Shown here piece after piece: positions 1-8,416 of a stretch of DNA of 54,161 nucleotides. Source of the stretch: Thermoplasmataceae archaeon (GTDB lineage: Archaea > Thermoplasmatota > Thermoplasmata > Thermoplasmatales > Thermoplasmataceae); assembly GCA_046705365.1 (NCBI GenBank), contig JBJKQM010000016.1:1-54161 (forward strand). Direction: 5' to 3'. Each line of letters starts with the position of its first letter. Position 1 is the first letter of the stretch. Position numbers and translations under genes: made by a program. The notes under the pieces were generated by a model. It ran no database searches. It worked only from the letters and a program-made list of their open reading frames with translations, and was not told the DNA's origin.

Positions 1-650
1 AAATATGAATACCACGCTGCCAGAAGGCATTCATACCTAGCTTCCAGGCTGTCGAACTTCAGGTTATTGAACAGTTTTTTAACTGCCAGCACGCTGAAGT
101 GCCTTGCAACTTCGCTTCCTGAGTTTGATATCAGTGTCTCAATCGCGTGGTCAAGTGCCCTTATACCGGTGGAATGCCAGAGGTCCGGCGGTGTTTCCAT
201 TGTTGCTTTCGGATCCAGGAACACGTAAGATGGCGTGATTGCCTTATCCCTGATTCCTGTTTTTTCACCACCTATCGTATATCCGGCGATGTGGGAGAAC
301 TCCGCAGCCGATAGTGTTGTGGGGATTGCAATATGCCTGACTGAAAGATCGTAATAGTACCTGACAACCTTTGCTGCATCGTTTACGCTTCCTCCGCCTA
401 CAGACAATATGACGTCACACTGGTGATTCCTGAACATTTCGGTTGCGTGCTCTATTTCTTCCATGGGTGAGTGCTGGGAAATTTCGATGAATTCAGAAAA
501 CGTAATTGGAAGGCGGGTCAGAAATTCCTTGTAAAAGGCCGTTCTGGAAACCGATCTGCTTGTGATTACAAGCGCTTTCTTTACCTTCAGTTCCTTTAAT
601 AACCTGGGAAGGTCCCTGACGGAATCTATCCCATGGTAAACTCTGTCCAT
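1..650 (-). CDS. Iron-containing alcohol dehydrogenase / maleylacetate-reductase family protein (3' end cut by window edge)
   Basis: Not in the ORF track. My own minus-strand translation from ATG at 650 gives MDRVYHGIDSVRDLPRLLKELKVKKALVITS...ILSVGGGSVNDAAKVV...LDHAIETL, and the frame stays open to position 1. It carries the GGGSxxDxxK motif typical of the Fe-ADH family. The start lies 17 nt downstream of the hmgA stop on the same strand. Confidence 0.6.
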   Translation of the reverse strand, partial: MDRVYHGIDSVRDLPRLLKELKVKKALVITSRSVSRTAFYKEFLTRLPITFSEFIEISQHSPMEEIEHATEMFRNHQCDVILSVGGGSVNDAAKVVRYYYDLSVRHIAIPTTLSAAEFSHIAGYTIGGEKTGIRDKAITPSYVFLDPKATMETPPDLWHSTGIRALDHAIETLISNSGSEVARHFSVLAVKKLFNNLKFDSLEARYECLLAAWYSY

Positions 651-667
651 TGGAAGGTAGTTATAAA

Positions 668-1813
668 TCACTTGTACCACGAGGACATGTAATCGCTGTC
701 TTCCAGTTTAAGGGCATCTTTAGTCAGCTTGAGTGGTTCGTATGCTTCTACCATGACCGCAACCTCATCTGTTCCTTCTTTCCCGATGGCCCCCTCTACT
801 GCCCCAGGTTGTGGCCCATGAATCAGTCCCCTCACATGCAGCGTGAGTGAACCTTCTGAAATTCCCTTGCGACTCATGAAATTCCCGGAAGAATAAAACA
901 GAACCTCATCTGTGTCTATATTGCTGTGGTAATATGAGATTGGTATGGCCCTCGGGTGGAAATCATACTTTCTCGGAAGGAAAGTGCCCAGCATGAAACC
1001 CTTGCTGCTGAATGTCTCATGCACTGGAGGAGGCTGGTGAAGTCTCCCGACAATGGGTGCCATTAGTGAAGTGTTGATGGCCCATGGATAAAGATAACCA
1101 TCCCAGCCGGCAACATCAAACGGATGCTGGTCTCTGATTTCTTTCAGGTAGTAATCATGGAAGTCCACTATCACTTCAAAGTTCCCTGTTTCATTGCTTG
1201 GAGGAGAAAGCCTTGGATAGCGTATATCCCTGGTGTAATAAGGGGAGCCCTCTTTTATCTGTCCGTATATATTGAGATATCTCTGGGGAATACTCACTCT
1301 TTCCCTGGATTCAACGAAGAAGAATTCTGCCTCGGGAGAATACTCCATTATGTACGTTGTTCCCTTGGGGATGTACAGATAATCACCCTGCTGAAATTCA
1401 AGTTCCCCGAAAGATGATTTGAGTTTTCCCTTTCCATTCTGGACGTAAAAGACCTGTTCCATGAAGGCATTCCTGTAGAATGATTTCATCCCGGTCTCTG
1501 GCTTTGAAATTCCAAGGTAGACGCTACTGTTGAACATCAGGTAATTTCTGCCAAATATTAGATCCCCCTCACGATTGAGCTGGAATCCTTTAATGTGTCT
1601 GTGCCTGAGTTCGTCCACCGAACCTTCTTCCAGTGATGGCCGATTTTCCCTCACGATTGATTTGACTCTCGTTGGTTCCCTTTCATGATATAGGAGGGAA
1701 TATGGCCCGTCAAAACTTTCCTCGCCAAACAACTCCTCCTTCAGTATCCTCTCCGGATCCTGGAATGTATGCCTGCTTTCCGGTAATTCTCCCTGCTTCA
1801 CATAGAACGACAA
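668..1813 (-). CDS. hmgA: Homogentisate 1,2-dioxygenase
   Basis: 381-aa ORF. The C-terminal region (YYHSNIDTDEVLFYSSGNFMSRKGISEGSLTLHVRGLIHGPQPG) matches the remembered HGD active-site region. It sits in a same-strand cluster with 4-HPPD and an FAH-family hydrolase. Confidence 0.8.
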   Translation of the reverse strand: MSFYVKQGELPESRHTFQDPERILKEELFGEESFDGPYSLLYHEREPTRVKSIVRENRPSLEEGSVDELRHRHIKGFQLNREGDLIFGRNYLMFNSSVYLGISKPETGMKSFYRNAFMEQVFYVQNGKGKLKSSFGELEFQQGDYLYIPKGTTYIMEYSPEAEFFFVESRERVSIPQRYLNIYGQIKEGSPYYTRDIRYPRLSPPSNETGNFEVIVDFHDYYLKEIRDQHPFDVAGWDGYLYPWAINTSLMAPIVGRLHQPPPVHETFSSKGFMLGTFLPRKYDFHPRAIPISYYHSNIDTDEVLFYSSGNFMSRKGISEGSLTLHVRGLIHGPQPGAVEGAIGKEGTDEVAVMVEAYEPLKLTKDALKLEDSDYMSSWYK

Positions 1814-1822
1814 TATTTCACC

Positions 1823-2734
1823 TCAAATAATCCTTGAATTCAATTCTCCAAATACTTCAGACCTGAAACTGACTGAGTCCCCGGGCTTAAGCCAGTCCTG
1901 TACTTCAGTGCCAAGTTCCAGGATGCAACCCTTGCCCAGTGTTCCGCTCATTATGACATCTCCAGGCTTCAGCGTTACATCCGTGGATGCCCACGATATG
2001 AGATCCTGGAATGTCCAGTGCATAGTATTCACGTTGTTGCGGGTAATTTCTCTACCATTAACACTGACACTGATGTCAGCATTGATTTTGTAGTTCTCAT
2101 CCATTAAAGCCATAATCTCATCCGCAGTGACAACAAGCCGCCCAAATGAAGTTGCAAAATCCTTGCTCTTGGAAGGGCCAAGGCCAATTGCCATTTCCTT
2201 CCTTTGCTGGTCCCTGGCGCTCCAGTCGTTCATGAGGGAAAATCCGAAAACATAGTCCAGCGCTTCGCCCTTGGGTATGTTCCTTCCCTCCTTCCCAATA
2301 ATTGCAGCCACTTCCAGTTCAAAATCAAGTTCGGAGGTGAATGAAGGCCTCTTTATCTCAGAATCACTGGGATAAAGAGAAGAATTTCCAGTGTAGTAGT
2401 AGGCAGGGAATTCGTACCATTCGGGAGGAACATCCAGGTTCCTTCTCTTCCTTGCGTTTCTCACGTGCTCCTCGAAAGCGTAAAAATCCCTGATCTGGTT
2501 TATATGAGGAACTGGAAGCTGGAAGGATCTTGGAGATAAATCCTGGAGAGAACTGAACTTGCCTTCTGCCATGAAATCACCTATCTTCTGCAGATTTTTC
2601 TCCATTAGAAAATAGAAGGAATTGCCTGAACTTTCCAGGTCGACTCCCGTTATTTCATTCAGATCATAGAAAGCCCCGTCCTGAAAAACAGACATGCTCG
2701 GGCCGTCGTCGGTTACTATATGAGACAGCTTCAT
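1823..2734 (-). CDS. Fumarylacetoacetate hydrolase (FAH) family protein, short form
   Basis: 303-aa ORF with an FAH-domain pattern (GFSLMNDWSARDQQ...GLGPSKSKDFATSFGRLVVT...PGDVIMSGT). It lies between hppD and hmgA. Confidence 0.75.
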   Translation of the reverse strand: MKLSHIVTDDGPSMSVFQDGAFYDLNEITGVDLESSGNSFYFLMEKNLQKIGDFMAEGKFSSLQDLSPRSFQLPVPHINQIRDFYAFEEHVRNARKRRNLDVPPEWYEFPAYYYTGNSSLYPSDSEIKRPSFTSELDFELEVAAIIGKEGRNIPKGEALDYVFGFSLMNDWSARDQQRKEMAIGLGPSKSKDFATSFGRLVVTADEIMALMDENYKINADISVSVNGREITRNNVNTMHWTFQDLISWASTDVTLKPGDVIMSGTLGKGCILELGTEVQDWLKPGDSVSFRSEVFGELNSRII

Positions 2735-2736
2735 CT

Positions 2737-3822
2737 TTAGAGGTTACCTCTCTTCTCCTGTTCAAGCTCTATTGATTTAAAAAGTTCCTTGAAGTTTCCT
2801 TTCCCGAATGAGGTTGCACCTTTTCTCTGGATCACCTCATAGAAGAAAGTTGGCCTGTCGCCTGTTGGTTTTGTGAATATCTGCAGAAGATACCCGTCAT
2901 CGTCCCGGTCTACCAGAATATTCAGCTTCTCGAGTTCCTCAAGTTTTTCGTCGATCTTCCCGACCCTGTCAGGCAGTGTCTCATAGTAACTTTCAGGTGT
3001 GTAGAGGAATTCCACCCCCCTCTTTTGCATTTCAGAAACTGTTTTGATTATGTTGTCAGTCTCGATTGCGATATGCTGCACACCAGGTGAGTTGTAGTAA
3101 TCCAGGTATTCCTGTATCTGTGATTTCTTCAGTCCGAGAGCAGGTTCATTGATGGGAAAAATGATTTTCCTGTCGCCATACTGGACTACTTTGGACCTCA
3201 GGGATGAATACTCTGTGCTTATGTCCTTGTCGTCAAAGCTTATTAGCTGGTCGAAGCCAAGACCCTTGATGTAATAATTGACCCAGGCATCCATCATCCT
3301 GTCCTCCACGTTTCCCACTACATGATCGATTTTCTTCAGGCCAACTGAATTTCCTTTTATATTGACCTCTTCAAAACCCTGAGGAATGTCGGTTTCTGCC
3401 TCGCTGAAATCTGTCAGAGTATGTACAGTTTCGCCATATGAGGAGAGTTCGGCTGTTTTCAATATTCCTGAGTCAGTCCTTGATTTTTTCTCATTTCTCA
3501 CTTTCACGACATCTCTTTTCCTGACAAAGTCAAGGGTGTCGCCTATATTGTCGACTCTCATTGAAACATCCTTCACTCCGTCCCCATGAAGTCTTACATG
3601 ATCGGCAACCGGAGAATTGTAGTTGAGAAAGCTGGTGAAAATTAATCTTACATTTCCCTGTTGCATAAGATAGGAAACCCTGTCTCTTACTCCTGTTTCT
3701 GGTCCTGCATAAGCCTTTAAGTCAAAACCCAGTGCATGTTGATGATAATAAGCCCACTGTTTTGCTGATCCAACGTAATATTCTACAGCATTGAGTGAAT
3801 TGAACAAATTCTCATTATCCAT
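2737..3822 (-). CDS. hppD: 4-hydroxyphenylpyruvate dioxygenase
   Basis: 361-aa ORF with two vicinal-oxygen-chelate halves. It contains GVQHIAIETDNI and the C-terminal GNFKELFKSIELEQ typical of HPPD. Confidence 0.85.
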   Translation of the reverse strand: MDNENLFNSLNAVEYYVGSAKQWAYYHQHALGFDLKAYAGPETGVRDRVSYLMQQGNVRLIFTSFLNYNSPVADHVRLHGDGVKDVSMRVDNIGDTLDFVRKRDVVKVRNEKKSRTDSGILKTAELSSYGETVHTLTDFSEAETDIPQGFEEVNIKGNSVGLKKIDHVVGNVEDRMMDAWVNYYIKGLGFDQLISFDDKDISTEYSSLRSKVVQYGDRKIIFPINEPALGLKKSQIQEYLDYYNSPGVQHIAIETDNIIKTVSEMQKRGVEFLYTPESYYETLPDRVGKIDEKLEELEKLNILVDRDDDGYLLQIFTKPTGDRPTFFYEVIQRKGATSFGKGNFKELFKSIELEQEKRGNL

Positions 3823-4009
3823 AAATAATCATGATTGAACCGTTATAAAAATTTATGGTGGAGTCGCTATTTTTCCGTGTCACTGAATAACAAAGTCGGT
3901 TTTCCCCTAATTCTTGACATGTTTTCCTCCGACCCATTTATACAGAGAAGAAAGCGTTTCATAGAATGGAAATCAATAATTACCAAATTGGAATTGTCCA
4001 GCGAGATAA

Positions 4010-4669
4010 TTGACTGCTGGCATATACATTTCAATTCTGGCATACAAATTCACCCCGGATTACTGGAATTTATCACCTGAAGAACAGCAGGGAATATTCA
4101 GCAAGTTGAATGAATTCTTCACCGAATACAGGAAGAAGATGATACATCTTCGAACTTACAGATCCATCAGGCATGACTGTGACCTCATTATCTGGACGTC
4201 ATCAGAAAGTCCTGAAGATCTTGCATCTCTGAGAGAAAACCTTAACAGGACCCTTGCCGGGTATGGTTATCCTGATTTCAGCATGTTCAGCCTTTACGAG
4301 CATTCTCCATACCTTAAGCAGGGCCAGAAACTTTCGGATTCCCTGAATTTCCCTCCTTTGAAATATTTCGTTGCCTACCCCATGAATAAGGACCCGGAGT
4401 GGTACCTGGTAGACCCAAAGGAAAGGAAAACAATAATGTCAGAACATATAGCAATGGCAACATCAAACCCTGAGAATGAAGATATCAGATCCTACACTAC
4501 CTACTCTTATGGCATTGCAGATCAGGAGTTTGTTGTAATGTATGAAACAGATTCACTGTCCCGATGGTCTCACGTAACAGCCAAACTTAGAGAGGCGAGG
4601 CAGAGGAAGTGGATTACGAAGGAATATCCCATTTACGTTGGAATCCTTGCCGAGCCATTCCAGTTTTGA
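4010..4669 (+). CDS. Chlorite dismutase family (Cld-like/HemQ-like) protein
   Basis: 219-aa ORF with a TTG start. YFVAYPMNKDPEWYLVDPKERKTIMSEHIAMA matches the remembered Cld-family core motif. Confidence 0.65.
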   Translation: MTAGIYISILAYKFTPDYWNLSPEEQQGIFSKLNEFFTEYRKKMIHLRTYRSIRHDCDLIIWTSSESPEDLASLRENLNRTLAGYGYPDFSMFSLYEHSPYLKQGQKLSDSLNFPPLKYFVAYPMNKDPEWYLVDPKERKTIMSEHIAMATSNPENEDIRSYTTYSYGIADQEFVVMYETDSLSRWSHVTAKLREARQRKWITKEYPIYVGILAEPFQF

Positions 4670-4682
4670 TCAACAAGATTTT

Positions 4683-6158
4683 ATGAATAGTATAAATGAC
4701 CAGAAATTGATAATAGTACGCTATTCCGAGGTAGGCCTCAAAGGGAACCGGGCAAGAAGCATGATGATCAGCCGGCTCAAGTACAACCTTAATGACGGGT
4801 TGAAAAGACTCGGAGAACAGGCCAGAATAACCACGGAAAAGGGAAGGATTTACATTAGCGAATACGCCAGGCAGGATTTAGTGTTCGATGTCTTGAGCCG
4901 TACTATGGGTGTAAAGAGCTATTCACCTGTTGTCCAATTCAACTACAGTACACCGGAAGAAATCGCAAAGAAAGCTGTTGAACTATATTCTGAGAAAATT
5001 AAGGGAAGAAAATTTGCAGTCAGGTCTAGAAGGGCCGGTGGGCAGAATTTCAACACGAAAGACCTTAACCTGATTGTGGGGGACGCGCTTTATGATTTTT
5101 CTTCTGGAGTTGACCTTACAAACCCTGAAGTGGAGGTGGATATAGAAGTGCGCAACAATCGTGCATATTTATACACTGAAACGTTCCCGGGTCCCGGGGG
5201 GCTCCCGCTTTGTTCAGAGTCACCGCTGGTTGCCCTTGTTTCAGGAGGAATTGATTCACCTGTTGCCGCATGGATGTTAATGAAAAGGGGTTCGCCTGTC
5301 GATTTTGTTTTTCTAAGCCTTTCCCATCCCATAGATACGGTTGAATTCCTGACCGGGGTGAAGGTGCTTGTGGAAAAATGGAGCCTTGGATACAACCCGA
5401 AAATCCACATCATTGATGGAAAGCCTCTAATCGATCTGCTTGTGGTATCGAAGAAGTTCAAGATACCCGGTGTCACCTACAAGCGAATTCTCTACAGGCT
5501 GGCCATAGAAATAGCCAGGGAAAGGAAAGCATTTGGAATAATTACAGGAGAATCCCTTGGGCAGGTTTCATCCCAGACTCCTGAAAACCTTCTTGCTATT
5601 AACCATACCATTGATTTTCCTGTTTACAGGCCACTTATCGGCATGGATAAGGATGAAATTTCTACTATTGCCAGGAAGATTGGAACATTTCCCGTTACAA
5701 GCAAGGGTGAATTCTGCTCCCTATTTTCCCAGAACGTGGTGCTTAACGCCTCCCCGGAGGCCATAGATAGGGACTTTGAAAATTTCACCATACTCGGGAC
5801 TCTCCTTGAAAATAGAACCACACTGGAAGGGACGCAACTGGATGGTTATCTCAGCTCTATCTCGGACGAAGACTATGAGATCAGGGAACTTCCTGCAGAT
5901 TCTGTGGTTATTGATATGAGAAGCAAGGCTAAATTTGAAGAATGGCACCATTCCGGGGCATTGAATGTACATCTCGGAGGCATAAGGAATCTCATTGAGG
6001 AGAACGGGAAAGACAAAGTGTATGTATTCTACTGCCAGAAAGGCCTTCAGAGCGCTTATGCAGCAAGTGAAGCTAGAAATCTTGGTGCCAGATCCTATTA
6101 CACTACAACTGAAAAAATGAAGGGAATGAAGAATCCCATGCATACCACAACAGGTTAA
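4683..6158 (+). CDS. thiI: tRNA 4-thiouridine synthase ThiI with C-terminal rhodanese domain
   Basis: The ORF track starts at 4638. I prefer ATG 4683 (MNSINDQKLIIVRYSEVGLKG), which removes the overlap with the upstream gene. It has a THUMP-like N-terminus, the PP-loop SGGIDSPVA, and a C-terminal rhodanese-like active-site stretch YVFYCQKGLQS. Confidence 0.85.
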   Translation: MNSINDQKLIIVRYSEVGLKGNRARSMMISRLKYNLNDGLKRLGEQARITTEKGRIYISEYARQDLVFDVLSRTMGVKSYSPVVQFNYSTPEEIAKKAVELYSEKIKGRKFAVRSRRAGGQNFNTKDLNLIVGDALYDFSSGVDLTNPEVEVDIEVRNNRAYLYTETFPGPGGLPLCSESPLVALVSGGIDSPVAAWMLMKRGSPVDFVFLSLSHPIDTVEFLTGVKVLVEKWSLGYNPKIHIIDGKPLIDLLVVSKKFKIPGVTYKRILYRLAIEIARERKAFGIITGESLGQVSSQTPENLLAINHTIDFPVYRPLIGMDKDEISTIARKIGTFPVTSKGEFCSLFSQNVVLNASPEAIDRDFENFTILGTLLENRTTLEGTQLDGYLSSISDEDYEIRELPADSVVIDMRSKAKFEEWHHSGALNVHLGGIRNLIEENGKDKVYVFYCQKGLQSAYAASEARNLGARSYYTTTEKMKGMKNPMHTTTG

Positions 6159-6182
6159 TATCACTATATTCTTTGTAATTGG

Positions 6183-6605
6183 ATGGGACAGGAATATCAG
6201 GAATCCTCTGACCTATTGGAAAAATTGCCTGACGGATCAAGGGCTGAAGGAAGATTCGTGGTAATATATGATGGAGCATGTTATTTCTGTGTACTGACAT
6301 CGAAATTTCTCAGAAGTGTTGATTTCCTGAAACAGTTCAGTTTTGTGACCCTCCAGGAATTTTCCTGGATCAAGGGTTCAAAGATCCCCTATTCTCTCCT
6401 GCAGGAAAGCATACATGTTGTTGACAGGAGAAAGAAGAAGGTCTGGCAATCAACCGATGCAATATCCAGATTGCTCCTGCGTTCTCCTCCAGCATTTCCA
6501 ATTCTGCTTTTGCTTTTGTTCCTTAGATTGATTCACGTTGCCGAACCGGCTTACCATTGGGTTGCACAGTCCAGATATGCCATTTCCTCCATACTGAAAG
6601 GATGA
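6183..6605 (+). CDS. DCC-family thiol-disulfide oxidoreductase (DUF393-like)
   Basis: 140-aa ORF with an N-terminal VIYDGACYFC (YDGxCxxC) motif. Confidence 0.6.
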   Translation: MGQEYQESSDLLEKLPDGSRAEGRFVVIYDGACYFCVLTSKFLRSVDFLKQFSFVTLQEFSWIKGSKIPYSLLQESIHVVDRRKKKVWQSTDAISRLLLRSPPAFPILLLLLFLRLIHVAEPAYHWVAQSRYAISSILKG

Positions 6606-6635
6606 CTTTTTAACCAGTACACATTCAGGATTCAG

Positions 6636-7046
6636 ATGAACCCTTTCAGGTTACTTTCCGCACTGCTTGTGGCATCAACTGTTTTCCTCGGCATTGGAGC
6701 ATTGATTCTGAGAATAGAGAACCTGGTCCCGCCAGTGCTTACCTTTTCAACATTTGTTGTAATACTGGTAATCCTTACTGTAGCTCATTTCACCTGGCAC
6801 GAGAAATTTCTGTGGGCTTCATTAGGTTCCATACTGGCCGTGGTTTCAATCATATTCAACAGCCTGCAGCCACAACACTTGTCCGCAATCCTCAACCCGT
6901 TCACTTCTGCCTCAATCACAGCACTTGTTGTATCAGATGTCATGGGATTCTACCTGCTCCCGGCCCTGTATCTATTGATCTATGCCTTCAGGTACAGGAA
7001 ATTAAGAGTTTTCTGGGCGCTGACAAGACTTCAGTCATCCGGGTAA
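6636..7046 (+). CDS. Integral membrane protein, unknown function
   Basis: 136-aa ORF with about four hydrophobic helices. Confidence 0.5.
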   Translation: MNPFRLLSALLVASTVFLGIGALILRIENLVPPVLTFSTFVVILVILTVAHFTWHEKFLWASLGSILAVVSIIFNSLQPQHLSAILNPFTSASITALVVSDVMGFYLLPALYLLIYAFRYRKLRVFWALTRLQSSG

Positions 7047-7061
7047 TTTTCTCGCCCTCAG

Positions 7062-7586
7062 CTATTCTGTGGGGTTCTGGTCTTCAAGGTCCTTTTCCCT
7101 GTGAAGCGCAGCTTCCTGCAGTGCTATATCCACAGCCTCCTGGGCAGACTGTACATGGAAAACATCCCCTTCCCTGTCCTTTCTTCTCCTCAACTGGAGA
7201 TCGCCGATAACTATAACCGACTTACCTTCAGAAACTGCAAAACTGGCCTCGGAAAGTGTTCCATTTGAGCCGTCTACAGCTATTATGGCTTCAGATGCCC
7301 TCACAATCAGGAAGTTTCTTGCAAATCCTATTCCCGATGGTATCTTAATGGAAAGGTGGCCGTTGCCTGCCTTCATGCTTGAACCCGGAAGGATCCCCAC
7401 AATAGTGCCATTTCCTTCCTTAACTCCTTTGGAAACCCACTCCATGACTCCGGTCATCCCTCCACAGAAGACTATGGCTTTCCTCTGGGCGAGGAGCCTT
7501 CCAAGTTCTATTGATACGTCTTTGTATCTTTCGTCTGCCTGGCTTCCTCCTATTACTCCTATATTGTACAACTTAATTCGCCTCAA
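7062..7586 (-). CDS. TIGR00725 / LOG-like (SLOG superfamily) Rossmann-fold protein
   Basis: 174-aa ORF with IGVIGGSQ...IVFCGGMTGVMEWVSKGVKEGNGTIVGILPG...AIIAVDGSNGTLSE, the pattern of the LOG/TIGR00725 family. Confidence 0.7.
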   Translation of the reverse strand: MRRIKLYNIGVIGGSQADERYKDVSIELGRLLAQRKAIVFCGGMTGVMEWVSKGVKEGNGTIVGILPGSSMKAGNGHLSIKIPSGIGFARNFLIVRASEAIIAVDGSNGTLSEASFAVSEGKSVIVIGDLQLRRRKDREGDVFHVQSAQEAVDIALQEAALHREKDLEDQNPTE

Positions 7587-7596
7587 GTGTCAAGTA

Positions 7597-8391
7597 TCAT
7601 GTGGTGAGGTTTCTTGTGAGGTGCCTGAGTGTGTAAACACCTATTTTTCCGTCCTTGATGTTGAATTCCACCTTTTCTTTATTTGCATATTCATCAAGGT
7701 TGCTGGCACCTGCTATTCTTGCTGCCTCGGTAAGCCTGTCCAGATATTCTCCCATGTCCACAAATTCCTTTTCATGGAAAGTTGCAAGCCATACACCCAT
7801 TATCCTTTTTAGTTCAGGCAGTGGGTCCTGTGAATCTTCCACCCTTATGTCCATATACACATCAGAACCTTCCTCAAATGGCTCTTTTGTTGAGGAAATG
7901 TATATGCATGCACTCTGCCTTCCACGCTTGTCTCCTCCCTGTTCTTCAGCAGCAAAAAGGGCAGCCATGATCCTGTCCTCAAGCTTGCCTTCCTTGTCCA
8001 TCTCCCTTGCCATAGCTTCAAGCACAGATGGGCCTGCAAGAATGTTTCCCTGTACCGAATAATTCTTTCCTGTTATATGGCCTGCATAATCCATGCATTT
8101 CTTGCCTGTGAATGCCATTGGATTACCCTTTGAATCAACTGCAGCAACCTGCCTCTTTTCACGGTCTTTGTCCTTTGCTGTAAGTGCCTCAATGGTCTCC
8201 TTGGAATTCTTGGTCCTGAGTAGTTCCAGGCCTTCCGGTCCGTAGGTATAATTGGCATAAGACTGGGTGGCAATACATCCTACTCCTGCTTTTGCCCATG
8301 GAACAACTGAACCTACAGAAAGGAATCTGCTGGCAACGCCAACCCCCCACTTTTCTTCATTTGGATCATAACATACAACTGAAAATGTCAC
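7597..8391 (-). CDS. DUF1028 family (Ntn-hydrolase-fold) protein
   Basis: 264-aa ORF. The N-terminus MTFSVVCYDPNEEKWGVGVASRFLSVGSVVPWAKAGVGCIATQS is typical of DUF1028. Confidence 0.7.
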   Translation of the reverse strand: MTFSVVCYDPNEEKWGVGVASRFLSVGSVVPWAKAGVGCIATQSYANYTYGPEGLELLRTKNSKETIEALTAKDKDREKRQVAAVDSKGNPMAFTGKKCMDYAGHITGKNYSVQGNILAGPSVLEAMAREMDKEGKLEDRIMAALFAAEEQGGDKRGRQSACIYISSTKEPFEEGSDVYMDIRVEDSQDPLPELKRIMGVWLATFHEKEFVDMGEYLDRLTEAARIAGASNLDEYANKEKVEFNIKDGKIGVYTLRHLTRNLTT

Positions 8392-8416
8392 TCTTAAAAA
8401 AAGGGAGGGGGATTGA

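Noticed and set aside
3835-4080. 81-aa ORF in the divergent hppD / Cld-like intergenic region
   Set aside because: It overlaps the start of the Cld-family gene in another frame, has odd composition and no motif. The region is better explained as a divergent promoter.
6812-7210. 132-aa plus-strand ORF spanning the end of the membrane protein gene and the antisense of the LOG-like gene
   Set aside because: It overlaps two better-supported genes, and its Pro/His/Cys-rich translation is unlike the local proteome.
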